From Auanema rhodensis (lineage: Eukaryota; Animalia; Nematoda), in the NCBI GenBank assembly GCA_964057225.1, contig OZ059895.1, positions 23,188,001-23,252,000 of the forward strand: a stretch of DNA of 64,000 bases, read 5' to 3'. Position 1 is the stretch's first letter; every line of letters starts with the position of its first letter. The translations under genes were made by a program, and so were the position numbers. This document shows positions 13,201-28,400 of this stretch, piece after piece. The notes under the pieces are model-generated. The model worked only from the letters and a program-made list of their open reading frames with translations, did not search any database and had not been told where the DNA came from.

Positions 13201-16200
13201 GAGATATCAACTGATATAAGTTCACACTTATCTCCTCGATTTTCACCCTGAAGAATTAATTTTTTCGTTGAATAACAATGTCCATCGTCTTTGCCTTAAG
13301 AGAAGGAATCTAAAAACATCTACTTTTTGCTAAATTATCTTGAAATTTTTCGAAAAAATTTTTGTCAAAATGTTTTTGGAAGCAATGTTGAGTGTACATG
13401 GAAACTCAACATACACTAATGCATCATTTTTCAAACGATCATAACTAATTTTTGTATTAAGCGTTTCTCAATGTAGTATAGTGCATTCGATGCGGATTTT
13501 TAAGCTGCATCGATCTGTGTTATCAGATTTGCGCTAGCTTAAAAATGCACCGAGATATCAACTGATATAAGTTCACACTTATATCCTCGATTTTCACCCT
13601 GAAGAATTAATTTTTTCGTTGAATAACATCGTCCATCGTCTTTGCCTTAAGAAAAGGAATCTAAAAACATCTACGTTTTGCTAAATTATCTTGAAATTTT
13701 TCGAAAAAATTTTTGTCAAAATGTTTTTGGAAGCAATGTTGAGTGTACATGGAAACTCAACATACACTAATGCATCATTTTTCAAACGATCATAACTAAT
13801 TTTTGTATTAAGCGTTTCTCAATGTAGTATAGTGCATTCGATGCGGATTTTTAAGCTGCATCGATCTGTGTTATCAGATTTGCGCTAGCTTAAAAATGCA
13901 CCGAAATATCAACTGATATAAGTTCACACTTATATCCTCGATTTTCACCCTGAAGAATTAATTTTTTCGTTGAATAACAATGTCCATCGTCTTTGCCTTA
14001 AGAAAAGGAATCTAAAAACATCTACTTTTTGCTAAATTATCTTGAAATTTTTCGAAAAAATTTTTGTCAAAATGTTTTTGGAAGCAATGTTGAGTGTACA
14101 TGGAAACTCAACATACACTAATGCATCATTTTTCAAACGATCATAACTAATTCTTGTATTAAGCGTTTCTCAATGTAGTATAGTGCATTCGATGCAGATT
14201 TTTAAGCTGCGTCGATCTGTGTTATCAGATTTGCGCTAGCTTAAAAATGCACCGAGATATCAACTGATATAAGTTCACACTTATATCCTCGATTTTCACC
14301 CTGAAGAATTAATTTTTTCGTTGAATAACAATGTCCATCGTCTTTGCCTTGAAAAAAGAAATCTAAAAACATCTACTTTTTGCTAAATTATTTTGAAATT
14401 TTTCGAAAAAATTTTTGTCAAAATGTTTTTGGAAGCAATGTTGAGTGTACATGGAAACTCAACATACACTAATGCATCATTTTTCAAACGATCATAACTA
14501 ATTTTTGTATTACGCGTTTCTCAATGTAGTATAGTGCATTCGATGCAGATTTTTAAGCTGCGTCGATCTGTGTTATCAGATTTGCGCTAGCTTAAAAATG
14601 CACCGAGATATCAACTGATATATGTTTACACTTATATCCTCGATTTTCACCCTGAAGAATTAATTTTTTCGTTGAATAACAATGTCCATCGTCTTTGCCT
14701 TGAAAAAAGAAATCTAAAAACATTTACTTTTTGCTAAATTATTTTGAAATTTTTCGAAAAAATTTTTGTCAAAATGTTTTTGGAAGCAATGTTGAGTGTA
14801 CATGGAAACTCAACATACACTAATGCATCATTTTTCAAACGATCATAACTAATTTTTGTATTACGCGTTTCTCAATGTAGTATAGTGCATTCGATGCAGA
14901 TTTTTAAGCTGCGTCGATCTGTGTTATCAGATTTGCGCTAGCTTAAAAATGCACCGAGATATCAACTGATATATGTTTACACTTATATCCTCGATTTTCA
15001 CCCTGAAGAATTAATTTTTTCGTTGAATAACAATGTCCATCGTCTTTGCCTTGAAAAAAGAAATCTAAAAACATTTACTTTTTGCTAAATTATTTTGAAA
15101 TTTTTCGAAAAAATTTTTGTCAAAATGTTTTTGGAAGCAATGTTGAGTGTACATGGAAACTCAACATACACTAATGCATCATTTTTCAAACGATCATAAC
15201 TAATTTTTGTAATAAGCGTTTCTCAATGTAATATAGTGCATTCGATGCAGATTTTTAAGCTGCGTCGATCTGTGTTATCAGATTTGCGCTAGCTTAAAAA
15301 TGCACCGAGATATCAACTGATATATGTTCACACTTATATCCTCGATTTTCACCCTGAAGAATTAATTTTTTCGTTGAATAACAATGTCCATCGTCTTTGC
15401 CTTGAAAAAAAAATCTAAAAACATCTACTTTTTGCTAAATTATTTTGAAATTTTTCGAAAAAATTTTTGTCAAAATGTTTTTGGAAGCAATGTTGAGTGT
15501 ACATGGAAACTCAACATACACTAATGCATCATTTTTCAAACGATCATAACTAATTTTTGTATTAAGCGTTTCTCAATGTAGTATAGTGCATTCGATGCGG
15601 ATTTTTAAGCTGCGTCGATCTGTGTTATCAGATTTGCGCTAGCTTAAAAATGCACCGAGATATCAACTGATATAAGTTCACACTTATCTCCTCGATTTTC
15701 ACCCTGAAGAATTAATTTTTTCGTTGAATAACAATGTCCATCGTCTTTGCCTTAAGAAAAGGAATCTAAAAACATCTACTTTTTGCTAAATTATTTTGAA
15801 ATTTTTCGAAAAAATTTTTGTCAAAATGTTTTTGGAAGCAATGTTGAGTGTACATGGAAACTCAACATACACTAATGCATCATTTTTCAAACGATCATAA
15901 CTAATTTTTGTAATAAGCGTTTCTCAATGTAGTATAGTGCATTCGATGCAGATTTTTAAGCTGCGTCGATCTGTGTTATCAGATTTGCGCTAGCTTAAAA
16001 ATGCACCGAAATATCAACTGATATAAGTTCACACTTATATCCTCGATTTTCACCCTGAAGAATTAATTTTTTCGTTGAATAACAATGTCCATCGTCTTTG
16101 CCTTGAAAAAAGGAATCTAAAAACATCTACTTTTTGCTAAATTATTTTGAAATTTTTCGAAAAAATTTTTGTCAAAATGTTTTTGGAAGCAATGTTGAGT

Positions 16201-19200
16201 GTACATGGAAACTCAACATACACTAATGCATCATTTTTCAAACGATCATAACTAATTTTTGTATTAAGCGTTTCTCAATGTAGTATAGTGCATTCGATGC
16301 GGATTTTTAAACTGCGTCGATCTGTGTTATCAGATTTGCGCTAGCTTAAAAATGCACCGAAATATCAACTGATATATGTTCACACTTATCTCCTCGATTT
16401 TCACCCTGAAGAATTAATTTTTTCGTTGAATAACAATGTCCATCGTCTTTGCCTTGAAAATAGGAATCTAAAAACATCTACTTTTTGCTAAATTATTTTG
16501 AAATTTTTCGAAAAAATTTTTGTCAAAATGTTTTTGGAAGCAATGTTGAGTGTACATGGAAACTCAACATACACTAATGCATCATTTTTCAAACGATCAT
16601 AACTAATTTTTGTATTAAGTGTTTCTCAATGTAGTATAGTGCATTCGATGCGGATTTTTAAGCTGCGTCGATCTGTGTTATCAGATTTGCGCTAGCTTAA
16701 AAATGCACCGAGATATCAACTGATATAAGTTCACACTTATCTCCTCGATTTTCACCCTGAAGAATTAATTTTTTCGTTGAATAACAATGTCCATCGTCTT
16801 TGCCTTAAGAAAAGGAATCTAAAAACATCTACTTTTTGCTAAATTATCTTGAAATTTTTCGAAAAAATTTTTGTCAAAATGTTTTTGGAAGCAATGTTGA
16901 GTGTACATGGAAACTCAACATACACTAATGCATCATTTTTCAAACGATCATAACTAATTTTTGTATTAAGCGTTTCTCAATGTAGTATAGTGCATTCGAT
17001 GCGGATTTTTAAGCTGCATCGATCTGTGTTATCAGATTTGCGCTAGCTTAAAAATGCACCGAAATATCAACTGATATAAGTTCACACATATATCCTCGAT
17101 TTTCACCCTGAAGAATTAATTTTTTCGTTGAATAACAATGTCCATCGTCTTTGCCTTGAAAAAAGGAATCTAAAAACATCTACTTTTTGCTAAATTATTT
17201 TGAAATTTTTCGAAAAAATTTTTGTCAAAATGTTTTTGGAAGCAATGTTGAGTGTACATGGAAACTCAACATACACTAATGCATCATTTTTCAAACGATC
17301 ACAACTAATTTTTGTATTAAGCGTTTCTCAATGTAGTATAGTGCATTCGATGCGGATTTTTAAGCTGCGTCGATCTGTGTTATCAGATTTGAGCTAGCTT
17401 AAAAATGCACCGAGATATCAACTGATATATGTTCACACTTATATCCTCGATTTTCACCCTGAAGAATTAATTTTTTCGTTGAATAACAATGTCCATCGTC
17501 TTTGCCTTGAAAAAAGGAATCTAAAAACATCTACTTTTTGCTAAATTATTTTGAAATTTTTCGAAAAAATTTTTGTCAAAATGTTTTTGGAAGCAATGTT
17601 GAGTGTACATGGAAACTCAACATACACTAATGCATCATTTTTCAAACGATCATAACTAATTTTTGTAATAAGCGTTTCTCAATGTAGTATAGTGCATTCG
17701 ATGCAGATTTTTAAGCTGCGTCGATCTGTGTTATCAGATTTGCGCTAGCTTAAAAATGCACCGAAATATCAACTGATATAAGTTCACACTTATATCCTCG
17801 ATTTTCACCCTGAAGAATTAATTTTTTCGTTGAATAACAATGTCCATCGTCTTTGCCTTGAAAAAAGGAATCTAAAAACATCTACTTTTTGCTAAATTAT
17901 TTTGAAATTTTTCGAAAAAATTTTTGTCAAAATGTTTTTGGAAGCAATGTTGAGTGTACATGGAAACTCAACATACACTAATGCATCATTTTTCAAACGA
18001 TCATAACTAATTTTTGTATTAAGCGTTTCTCAATGTAGTATAGTGCATTCGATGCGGATTTCTAAGCTGCAATGATCTGTGTTATCAGATTTGCGCTAGC
18101 TTAAAAATGCACCGAGATATCAACTGATATAAGTTCACACTTATATCCTCGATTTTCACCCTGAAGAATTAATTTTTTCGTTGAATAACAATGTCCATCG
18201 TCTTTGCCTTGAAAAAAGGAATCTAAAAACATCTACTTTTTGCTAAATTATTTTGAAATTTTTCGAAAAAATTTTTGTCAAAATGTTTTTGGAAGCAATG
18301 TTGAGTGTACATGGAAACTCAACATACACTAATGCATCATTTTTCAAACGATCATAACTAATTTTTGTAATAAGCGTTTCTCAATGTAGTATAGTGCATT
18401 CGATGCAGATTTTTAAGCTGCGTCGATCTGTGTTATCAGATTTGCGCTAGCTTAAAAATGCACCGAAATATCAACTGATATAAGTTCACACTTATATCCT
18501 CGATTTTCACCCTGAAGAATTAATTTTTTCGTTGAATAACAATGTCCATCGTCTTTGCCTTGAAAAAAGGAATCTAAAAACATCTACTTTTTGCTAAATT
18601 ATTTTGAAATTTTTCGAAAAAATTTTTGTCAAAATGTTTTTGGAAGCAATGTTGAGTGTACATGGAAACTCAACATACACTAATGCATCATTTTTCAAAC
18701 GATCATAACTAATTTTTGTATTAAGCGTTTCTCAATGTAGTATAGTGCATTCGATGCGGATTTTTAAGCTGCAATGATCTGTGTTATCAGATTTGCGCTA
18801 GCTTAAAAATGCACCGAGATATCAACTGATATAAGTTCACACTTATATCCTCGATTTTCACCCTGAAGAATTAATTTTTTCGTTGAATAACAATGTCCAT
18901 CGTCTTTGCCTTGAAAAAAGGAATCTAAAAACATCTACTTTTTGCTAAATTATTTTGAAATTTTTCGAAAAAATTTTTGTCAAAATGTTTTTGGAAGCAA
19001 TGTTGAGTGTACATGGAAACTCAACATACACTAATGCATCATTTTTCAAACGATCATAACTAATTTTTGTATTAAGCGTTTCTCAATGTAGTATAGTGCA
19101 TTCGATGCGGATTTTTAAGCTGCATCGATCTGTGTTATCAGATTTGCGCTAGCTTAAAAATGCACCGAGATATCAACTGATATAAGTTCACACTTATCTC

Positions 19201-22200
19201 CTCGATTTTCACCCTGAAGAATTAATTTTTTCGTTGAATAACAATGTCCATCGTCTTTGCCTTAAGAAAAGGAATCTAAAAACATCTACTTTTTGCTAAA
19301 TTATCTTGAAATTTTTCGAAAAAATTTTTGTCAAAATGTTTTTGGAAGCAATGTTGAGTGTACATGGAAACTCAACATACACTAATGCATCATTTTTCAA
19401 ACGATCATAACTAATTTTTGTATTAAGCGTTTCTCAATGTAGTATAGTGCATTCGATGCGGATTTTTTAGCTGCATCGATCTGTGTTATCAGATTTGCGC
19501 TAGCTTAAAAATGCACCGAAATATCAACTGATATAAGTTCACACTTATATCCTCGATTTTCACCCTGAAGAATTAATTTTTTCGTTGAATAACAATGTCC
19601 ATCGTCTTTGCCTTGAAAAAAAAAATCTAAAAACATCTACTTTTTGCTAAATTATTTTGAAATTTTTCGAAAAAATTTTTGTCAAAATGTTTTTGGAAGC
19701 AATGTTGAGTGTACATGGAAACTCAACATACACTAATGCATCATTTTTCAAACGATCATAACTAATTTTTGTATTAAGCGTTTCTCAATGTAGTATAGTG
19801 CATTCGATGCGGATTTTTAAGCTGCATCGATCTGTGTTATCAGATTTGCGCTAGCTTAAAAATGCACCGAAATATCAACTGATATAAGTTCACACATATA
19901 TCCTCGATTTTCACCCTGAAGAATTAATTTTTTCGTTGAATAACAATGTCCATCGTCTTTGCCTTGAAAAAAGGAATCTAAAAACATCTACTTTTTGCTA
20001 AATTATTTTGAAATTTTTCGAAAAAATTTTTGTCAAAATGTTTTTGGAAGCAATGTTGAGTGTACATGGAAACTCAACATACACTAATGCATCATTTTTC
20101 AAACGATCACAACTAATTTTTGTATTAAGCGTTTCTCAATGTAGTATAGTGCATTCGATGCAGATTTTTAAGCTGCGTCGATCTGTGTTATCAGATTTGC
20201 GCTAGCTTAAAAATGCACCGAAATATCAACAGATATAAGTTCACACTTATATCCTCGATTTTCACCCTGAAGAATTAATTTTTTCGTTGAATAACAATGT
20301 CCATCGTCTTTGCCTTGAAAAAAGGAATCTAAAAACATCTACTTTTTGCTAAATTATTTTGAAATTTTTCGAAAAAATTTTTGTCAAAATGTTTTTGGAA
20401 GCAATGTTGAGTGTACATGGAAACTCAACATACACTAATGCATCATTTTTCAAACGATCATAACTAATTTTTGTATTAAGCGTTTCTCAATGTAGTATAG
20501 TGCATTCGATGCGGATTTCTAAGCTGCAATGATCTGTGTTATCAGATTTGCGCTAGCTTAAAAATGCACCGAGATATCAACTGATATAAGTTCACACTTA
20601 TATCCTCGATTTTCACCCTGAAGAATTAATTTTTTCGTTGAATAACAATGTCCATCGTCTTTGCCTTGAAAAAAGGAATCTAAAAACATCTACTTTTTGC
20701 TAAATTATTTTGAAATTTTTCGAAAAAATTTTTGTCAAAATGTTTTTGGAAGCAATGTTGAGTGTACATGGAAACTCAACATACACTAATGCATCATTTT
20801 TCAAACGATCATAACTAATTTTTGTAATAAGCGTTTCTCAATGTAGTATAGTGCATTCGATGCAGATTTTTAAGCTGCGTCGATCTGTGTTATCAGATTT
20901 GCGCTAGCTTAAAAATGCACCGAAATATCAACTGATATAAGTTCACACTTATATCCTCGATTTTCACCCTGAAGAATTAATTTTTTCGTTGAATAACAAT
21001 GTCCATCGTCTTTGCCTTGAAAAAAGGAATCTAAAAACATCTACTTTTTGCTAAATTATTTTGAAATTTTTCGAAAAAATTTTTGTCAAAATGTTTTTGG
21101 AAGCAATGTTGAGTGTACATGGAAACTCAACATACACTAATGCATCATTTTTCAAACGATCATAACTAATTTTTGTATTAAGCGTTTCTCAATGTAGTAT
21201 AGTGCATTCGATGCGGATTTTTAAGCTGCAATGATCTGTGTTATCAGATTTGCGCTAGCTTAAAAATGCACCGAGATATCAACTGATATAAGTTCACACT
21301 TATATCCTCGATTTTCACCCTGAAGAATTAATTTTTTCGTTGAATAACAATGTCCATCGTCTTTGCCTTGAAAAAAGGAATCTAAAAACATCTACTTTTT
21401 GCTAAATTATTTTGAAATTTTTCGAAAAAATTTTTGTCAAAATGTTTTTGGAAGCAATGTTGAGTGTACATGGAAACTCAACATACACTAATGCATCATT
21501 TTTCAAACGATCACAACTAATTTTTGTATTAAGCGTTTCTCAATGTAGTATAGTGCATTCGATGCAGATTTTTAAGCTGCGTCGATCTGTGTTATCAGAT
21601 TTGCGCTAGCTTAAAAATGCACCGAAATATCAACAGATATAAGTTCACACTTATATCCTCGATTTTCACCCTGAAGAATTAATTTTTTCGTTGAATAACA
21701 ATGTCCATCGTCTTTGCCTTGAAAAAAGGAATCTAAAAACATCTACTTTTTGCTAAATTATTTTGAAATTTTTCGAAAAAATTTTTGTCAAAATGTTTTT
21801 GGAAGCAATGTTGAGTGTACATGGAAACTCAACATACACTAATGCATCATTTTTCAAACGATCATAACTAATTTTTGTATTAAGCGTTTCTCAATGTAGT
21901 ATAGTGCATTCGATGCGGATTTCAAAGCTGCAATGATCTGTGTTATCAGATTTGCGCTAGCTTAAAAATGCACCGAGATATCAACTGATATAAGTTCACA
22001 CTTATATCCTCGATTTTCACCCTGAAGAATTAATTTTTTCGTTGAATAACAATGTCCATCGTCTTTGCCTTGAAAAAAGGAATCTAAAAACATCTACTTT
22101 TTGCTAAATTATTTTGAAATTTTTCGAAAAAATTTTTGTCAAAATGTTTTTGGAAGCAATTTTGAGTGTACATGGAAACTCAACATACACTAATGCATCA

Positions 22201-22463
22201 TTTTTCAAACGATCATAACTAATTTTTGTAATAAGCGTTTCTCAATGTAGTATAGTGCATTCGATGCAGATTTTTAAGCTGCGTCGATCTGTGTTATCAG
22301 ATTTGCGCTAGCTTAAAAATGCACCGAAATATCAACTGATATAAGTTCACACTTATATCCTCGATTTTCACCCTGAAGAATTAATTTTTTCGTTGAATAA
22401 CAATGTCCATCGTCTTTGCCTTGAAAAAAGGAATCTAAAAACATCTACTTTTTGCTAAATTAG

Positions 22464-25400
22464 TTTGAAATTTTTCGAAAAAATTTTTGTCAAAATGTTT
22501 TTGGAAGCAATGTTGAGTGTACATGGAAACTCAACATACACTAATGCATCATTTTTCAAACGATCATAACTAATTTTTGTATTAAGCGTTTCTCAATGTA
22601 GTATAGTGCATTCGATGCGGATTTTTAAGCTGCAATGATCTGTGTTATCAGATTTGCGCTAGCTTAAAAATGCACCGAGATATCAACTGATATAAGTTCA
22701 CACTTATATCCTCGATTTTCACCCTGAAGAATTAATTTTTTCGTTGAATAACAATGTCCATCGTCTTTGCCTTGAAAAAAGGAATCTAAAAACATCTACT
22801 TTTTGCTAAATTATTTTGAAATTTTTCGAAAAAATTTTTGTCAAAATGTTTTTGGAAGCAATGTTGAGTGTACATGGAAACTCAACATACACTAATGCAT
22901 CATTTTTCAAACGATCATAACTAATTTTTGTAATAAGCGTTTCTCAATGTAGTATAGTGCATTCGATGCAGATTTTTAAGCTGCATCGATCTGTGTTATC
23001 AGATTTGCGCTAGCTTAAAAATGCACCGAAATATCAACTGATATACGTTCACACTTATATTCTCGATTTTCACCCTGAAGAATTAATTTTTTCGTTGAAT
23101 AACATAGTCCATCGTCTTTGCCTTGAAAAAAGGAATCTAAAAACATCTACTTTTTGCTAAATTATTTTGAAATTTTTCGAAAAAATTTTTGTCAAAATGT
23201 TTTTGGAAGCAATGTTGAGTGTACATGGAAACTCAACATACACTAATGCATCATTTTTCAAACGATCACAACTAATTTTTGTATTAAGCGTTTCTCAATG
23301 TAGTATAGTGCATTCGATGCGGGTTTTTAAGCTGCGTCGATCTGTGTTATCAGATTTGCGCTAGCTTAAAAATGCACCGAGATATCAACTGATATAAGTT
23401 CACACTTATATCCTCGATTTTCACCCTGAAGAATTAATTTTTTCGTTGAATAACAATGTCCATCGTCTTTGCCTTGAAAAAAGGAATCTAAAAACATCTA
23501 CTTTTTGCTAAATTATTTTGAAATTTTTCGAAAAAATTTTTGTCAAAATGTTTTTGGAAGCAATGTTGAGTGTACATGGAAACTCAACATACACTAATGC
23601 ATCATTTTTCAAACGATCATAACTAATTTTTGTAATAAGCGTTTCTCAATGTAGTATAGTGCATTCGATGCAGATTTTTAAGCTGCGTCGATCTGTGTTA
23701 TCAGATTTGCGCTAGCTTAAAAATGCACCGAAATATCAACTGATATAAGTTCACACTTATATCCTCGATTTTCACCCTGAAGAATTAATTTTTTCGTTGA
23801 ATAACAATGTCCATCGTCTTTGCCTTGAAAAAAGGAATCTAAAAACATCTACTTTTTGCTAAATTATTTTGAAATTTTTCGAAAAAATTTTTGTCAAAAT
23901 GTTTTTGGAAGCAATGTTGAGTGTACATGGAAACTCAACATACACTAATGCATCATTTTTCAAACGATCATAACTAATTTTTGTATTAAGCGTTTCTCAA
24001 TGTAGTATAGTGCATTCGATGCGGATTTCTAAGCTGCAATGATCTGTGTTATCAGATTTGCGCTAGCTTAAAAATGCACCGAGATATCAACTGATATAAG
24101 TTCACACTTATATCCTCGATTTTCACCCTGAAGAATTAATTTTTTCGTTGAATAACAATGTCCATCGTCTTTGCCTTGAAAAAAGGAATCTAAAAACATC
24201 TACTTTTTGCTAAATTATTTTGAAATTTTTCGAAAAAATTTTTGTCAAAATGTTTTTGGAAGCAATGTTGAGTGTACATGGAAACTCAACATACACTAAT
24301 GCATCATTTTTCAAACGATCATAACTAATTTTTGTAATAAGCGTTTCTCAATGTAGTATAGTGCATTCGATGCAGATTTTTAAGCTGCGTCGATCTGTGT
24401 TATCAGATTTGCGCTAGCTTAAAAATGCACCGAAATATCAACTGATATAAGTTCACACTTATATCCTCGATTTTCACCCTGAAGAATTAATTTTTTCGTT
24501 GAATAACAATGTCCATCGTCTTTGCCTTGAAAAAAGGAATCTAAAAACATCTACTTTTTGCTAAATTATTTTGAAATTTTTCGAAAAAATTTTTGTCAAA
24601 ATGTTTTTGGAAGCAATGTTGAGTGTACATGGAAACTCAACATACACTAATGCATCATTTTTCAAACGATCATAACTAATTTTTGTATTAAGCGTTTCTC
24701 AATGTAGTATAGTGCATTCGATGCGGATTTTTAAGCTGCAATGATCTGTGTTATCAGATTTGCGCTAGCTTAAAAATGCACCGAGATATCAACTGATATA
24801 AGTTCACACTTATATCCTCGATTTTCACCCTGAAGAATTAATTTTTTCGTTGAATAACAATGTCCATCGTCTTTGCCTTGAAAAAAGGAATCTAAAAACA
24901 TCTACTTTTTGCTAAATTATTTTGAAATTTTTCGAAAAAATTTTTGTCAAAATGTTTTTGGAAGCAATGTTGAGTGTACATGGAAACTCAACATACACTA
25001 ATGCATCATTTTTCAAACGATCATAACTAATTTTTGTATTAAGCGTTTCTCAATGTAGTATAGTGCATTCGATGCGGATTTTTAAGCTGCATCGATCTGT
25101 GTTATCAGATTTGCGCTAGCTTAAAAATGCACCGAAATATCAACTGATATACGTTCACACTTATATCCTCGATTTTCACCCTGAAGAATTAATTTTTTCG
25201 TTGAATAACATCGTCCATCGTCTTTGCCTTAAGAAAAGGAATCTAAAAACATCTACTTTTTGCTAAATTATTTTGAAATTTTTCGAAAAAATTTTTGTCA
25301 AAATGTTTTTGGAAGCAATGTTGAGTGTACATGGAAACTCAACATACACTAATGCATCATTTTTCAAACGATCACAACTAATTTTTGTATTAAGCGTTTC

Positions 25401-28400
25401 TCAATGTAGTATAGTGCATTCGATGCGGGTTTTTAAGCTGCGTCGATCTGTGTTATCAGATTTGCGCTAGCTTAAAAATGCACCGAAATATCAACTGATA
25501 TAAGTTCACACTTATATCCTCGATTTTCACCCTGAAGAATTAATTTTTTCGTTGAATAACAATGTCCATCGTCTTTGCCTTGAAAAAAGGAATCTAAAAA
25601 CATCTACTTTTTGCTAAATTATTTTGAAATTTTTCGAAAAAATTTTTGTCAAAATGTTTTTGGAAGCAATGTTGAGTGTACATGGAAACTCAACATACAC
25701 TAATGCATCATTTTTCAAACGATCATAACTAATTTTTGTATTAAGCGTTTCTCAATGTAGTATAGTGCATTCGATGCGGATTTTTAAGCTGCGTCGATCT
25801 GTGTTATCAGATTTGCGCTAGCTTAAAAATGCACCGAGATATCAACTGATATATGTTCACACTTATCTCCTCGATTTTCACCCTGAAGAATTAATTTTTT
25901 CGTTGAATAACAATGTCCATCGTCTTTGCCTTGAAAAAAGGAATCTAAAAACATCTACTTTTTGCTAAATTATTCTGAAATTTTTCGAAAAAATTTTTGT
26001 CAAAATGTTTTTGGAAGCAATGTTGAGTGTACATGGAAACTCAACATACACTAATGCATCATTTTTCAAACGATCATAACTAATTTTTGTATTAAGCGTT
26101 TCTCAATGTAGTATAGTGCATTCGATGCGGATTTTTAAGCTGCGTCGATCTGTGTTATCAGATTTGCGCTAGCTTAAAAATGCACCGAGATATCAACTGA
26201 TATAAGTTCACACTTATATCCTCGATTTTCACCCTGAAGAATTAATTTTTTCGTTGAATAACAATGTCCATCGTCTTTGCCTTGAAAAAAGAAATCTAAA
26301 AACATCTACTTTTTGCTAAATTATTTTGAAATTTTTCGAAAAAATTTTTGTCAAAATGTTTTTGGAAGCAATGTTGAGTGTACTTGGAAACTCAACATAC
26401 ACTAATGCATCATTTTTCAAACGATCATAACTAATTTTTGTATTAAGCGTTTCTCAATGTAGTATAGTGCATTCGATGCGGATTTTTAAGCTGCAATGAT
26501 CTGTGTTATCAGATTTGCGCTAGCTTAAAAATGCACCGAGATATCAACTGATATAAGTTCACACTTATATCCTCGATTTTCACCCTGAAGAATTAATTTT
26601 TTCGTTGAATAACAATGTCCATCGTCTTTGCCTTGAAAAAAGGAATCTAAAAACATCTACTTTTTGCTAAATTATTTTGAAATTTTTCGAAAAAATTTTT
26701 GTCAAAATGTTTTTGGAAGCAATGTTGAGTGTACATGGAAACTCAACATACACTAATGCATCATTTTTCAAACGATCATAACTAATTTTTGTATTAAGCG
26801 TTTCTCAATGTAGTATAATGCATTCGATGCGGATTTTTAAGCTGCATCGATCTGTGTTATCAGATTTGCGCTAGCTTAAAAATGTACCGAAATATCAACT
26901 GATATAAGTTCACACTTATATCCTCGATTTTCACCCTGAAGAATTAATTTTTTCGTTAAATAACATCGTCCATCGTCTTTGCCTTAAGAAAAGGAATCTA
27001 AAAACATCTACTTTTTGCTAAATTATTTTGAAATTTTTCGAAAAAATTTTTGTCAAAATGTTTTTGGAAGCAATGTTGAGTGTACATGGAAACTCAACAT
27101 ACACTAATGCATCATTTTTCAAACGATCATAACTAATTTTTGTATTAAGCGTTTCTCAATGTAGTATAGTGCATTCGATGCGGATTTTTAAGCTGCAATG
27201 ATCTGTGTTATCAGATTTGCGCTAGCTTAAAAATGCACCGAGATATCAACTGATATAAGTTCACACTTATATCCTCGATTTTCACCCTGAAGAATTAATT
27301 TTTTCGTTGAATAACAATGTCCATCGTCTTTGCCTTGAAAATAGGAATCTAAAAACATCTACTTTTTGCTAAATTATTTTGAAATTTTTCGAAAAAATTT
27401 TTGTCAAAATGTTTTTGGAAGCAATGTTGAGTGTACATGGAAACTCAACATACACTAATGCATCATTTTTCAAACGATCATAACTAATTTTTGTATTAAG
27501 CGTTTCTCAATGTAGTATAGTGCATTCGATGCGGATTTTTAAGCTGCAATGATCTGTGTTATCAGATTTGCGCTAGCTTAAAAATGCACCGAGATATCAA
27601 CTGATATAAGTTCACACTTATATCCTCGATTTTCACCCTGAAGAATTAATTTTTTCGTTGAATAACAATGTCCATCGTCTTTGCCTTGAAAAAAGGAATC
27701 TAAAAACATCTACTTTTTGCTAAATTATTTTGAAATTTTTCGAAAAAATTTTTGTCAAAATGTTTTTGGAAGCAATGTTGAGTGTACATGGAAACTCAAC
27801 ATACACTAATGCATCATTTTTCAAACGATCATAACTAATTTTTGTAATAAGCGTTTCTCAATGTAGTATAGTGCATTCGATGCAGATTTTTAAGCTGCAT
27901 CGATCTGTGTTATCAGATTTGCGCTAGCTTAAAAATGCACCGAAATATCAACTGATATACGTTCACACTTATATTCTCGATTTTCACCCTGAAGAATTAA
28001 TTTTTTCGTTGAATAACATAGTCCATCGTCTTTGCCTTGAAAAAAGGAATCTAAAAACATCTACTTTTTGCTAAATTATTTTGAAATTTTTCGAAAAAAT
28101 TTTTGTCAAAATGTTTTTGGAAGCAATGTTGAGTGTACATGGAAACTCAACATACACTAATGCATCATTTTTCAAACGATCACAACTAATTTTTGTATTA
28201 AGCGTTTCTCAATGTAGTATAGTGCATTCGATGCGGGTTTTTAAGCTGCGTCGATCTGTGTTATCAGATTTGCGCTAGCTTAAAAATGCACCGAGATATC
28301 AACTGATATAAGTTCACACTTATATCCTCGATTTTCACCCTGAAGAATTAATTTTTTCGTTGAATAACAATGTCCATCGTCTTTGCCTTGAAAAAAGGAA

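Noticed and set aside
15405-15413. 1-bp deletion shifting array phase (A9 versus A10 in sister units)
   Set aside because: Homopolymer length difference; ordinary slippage or sequencing error.
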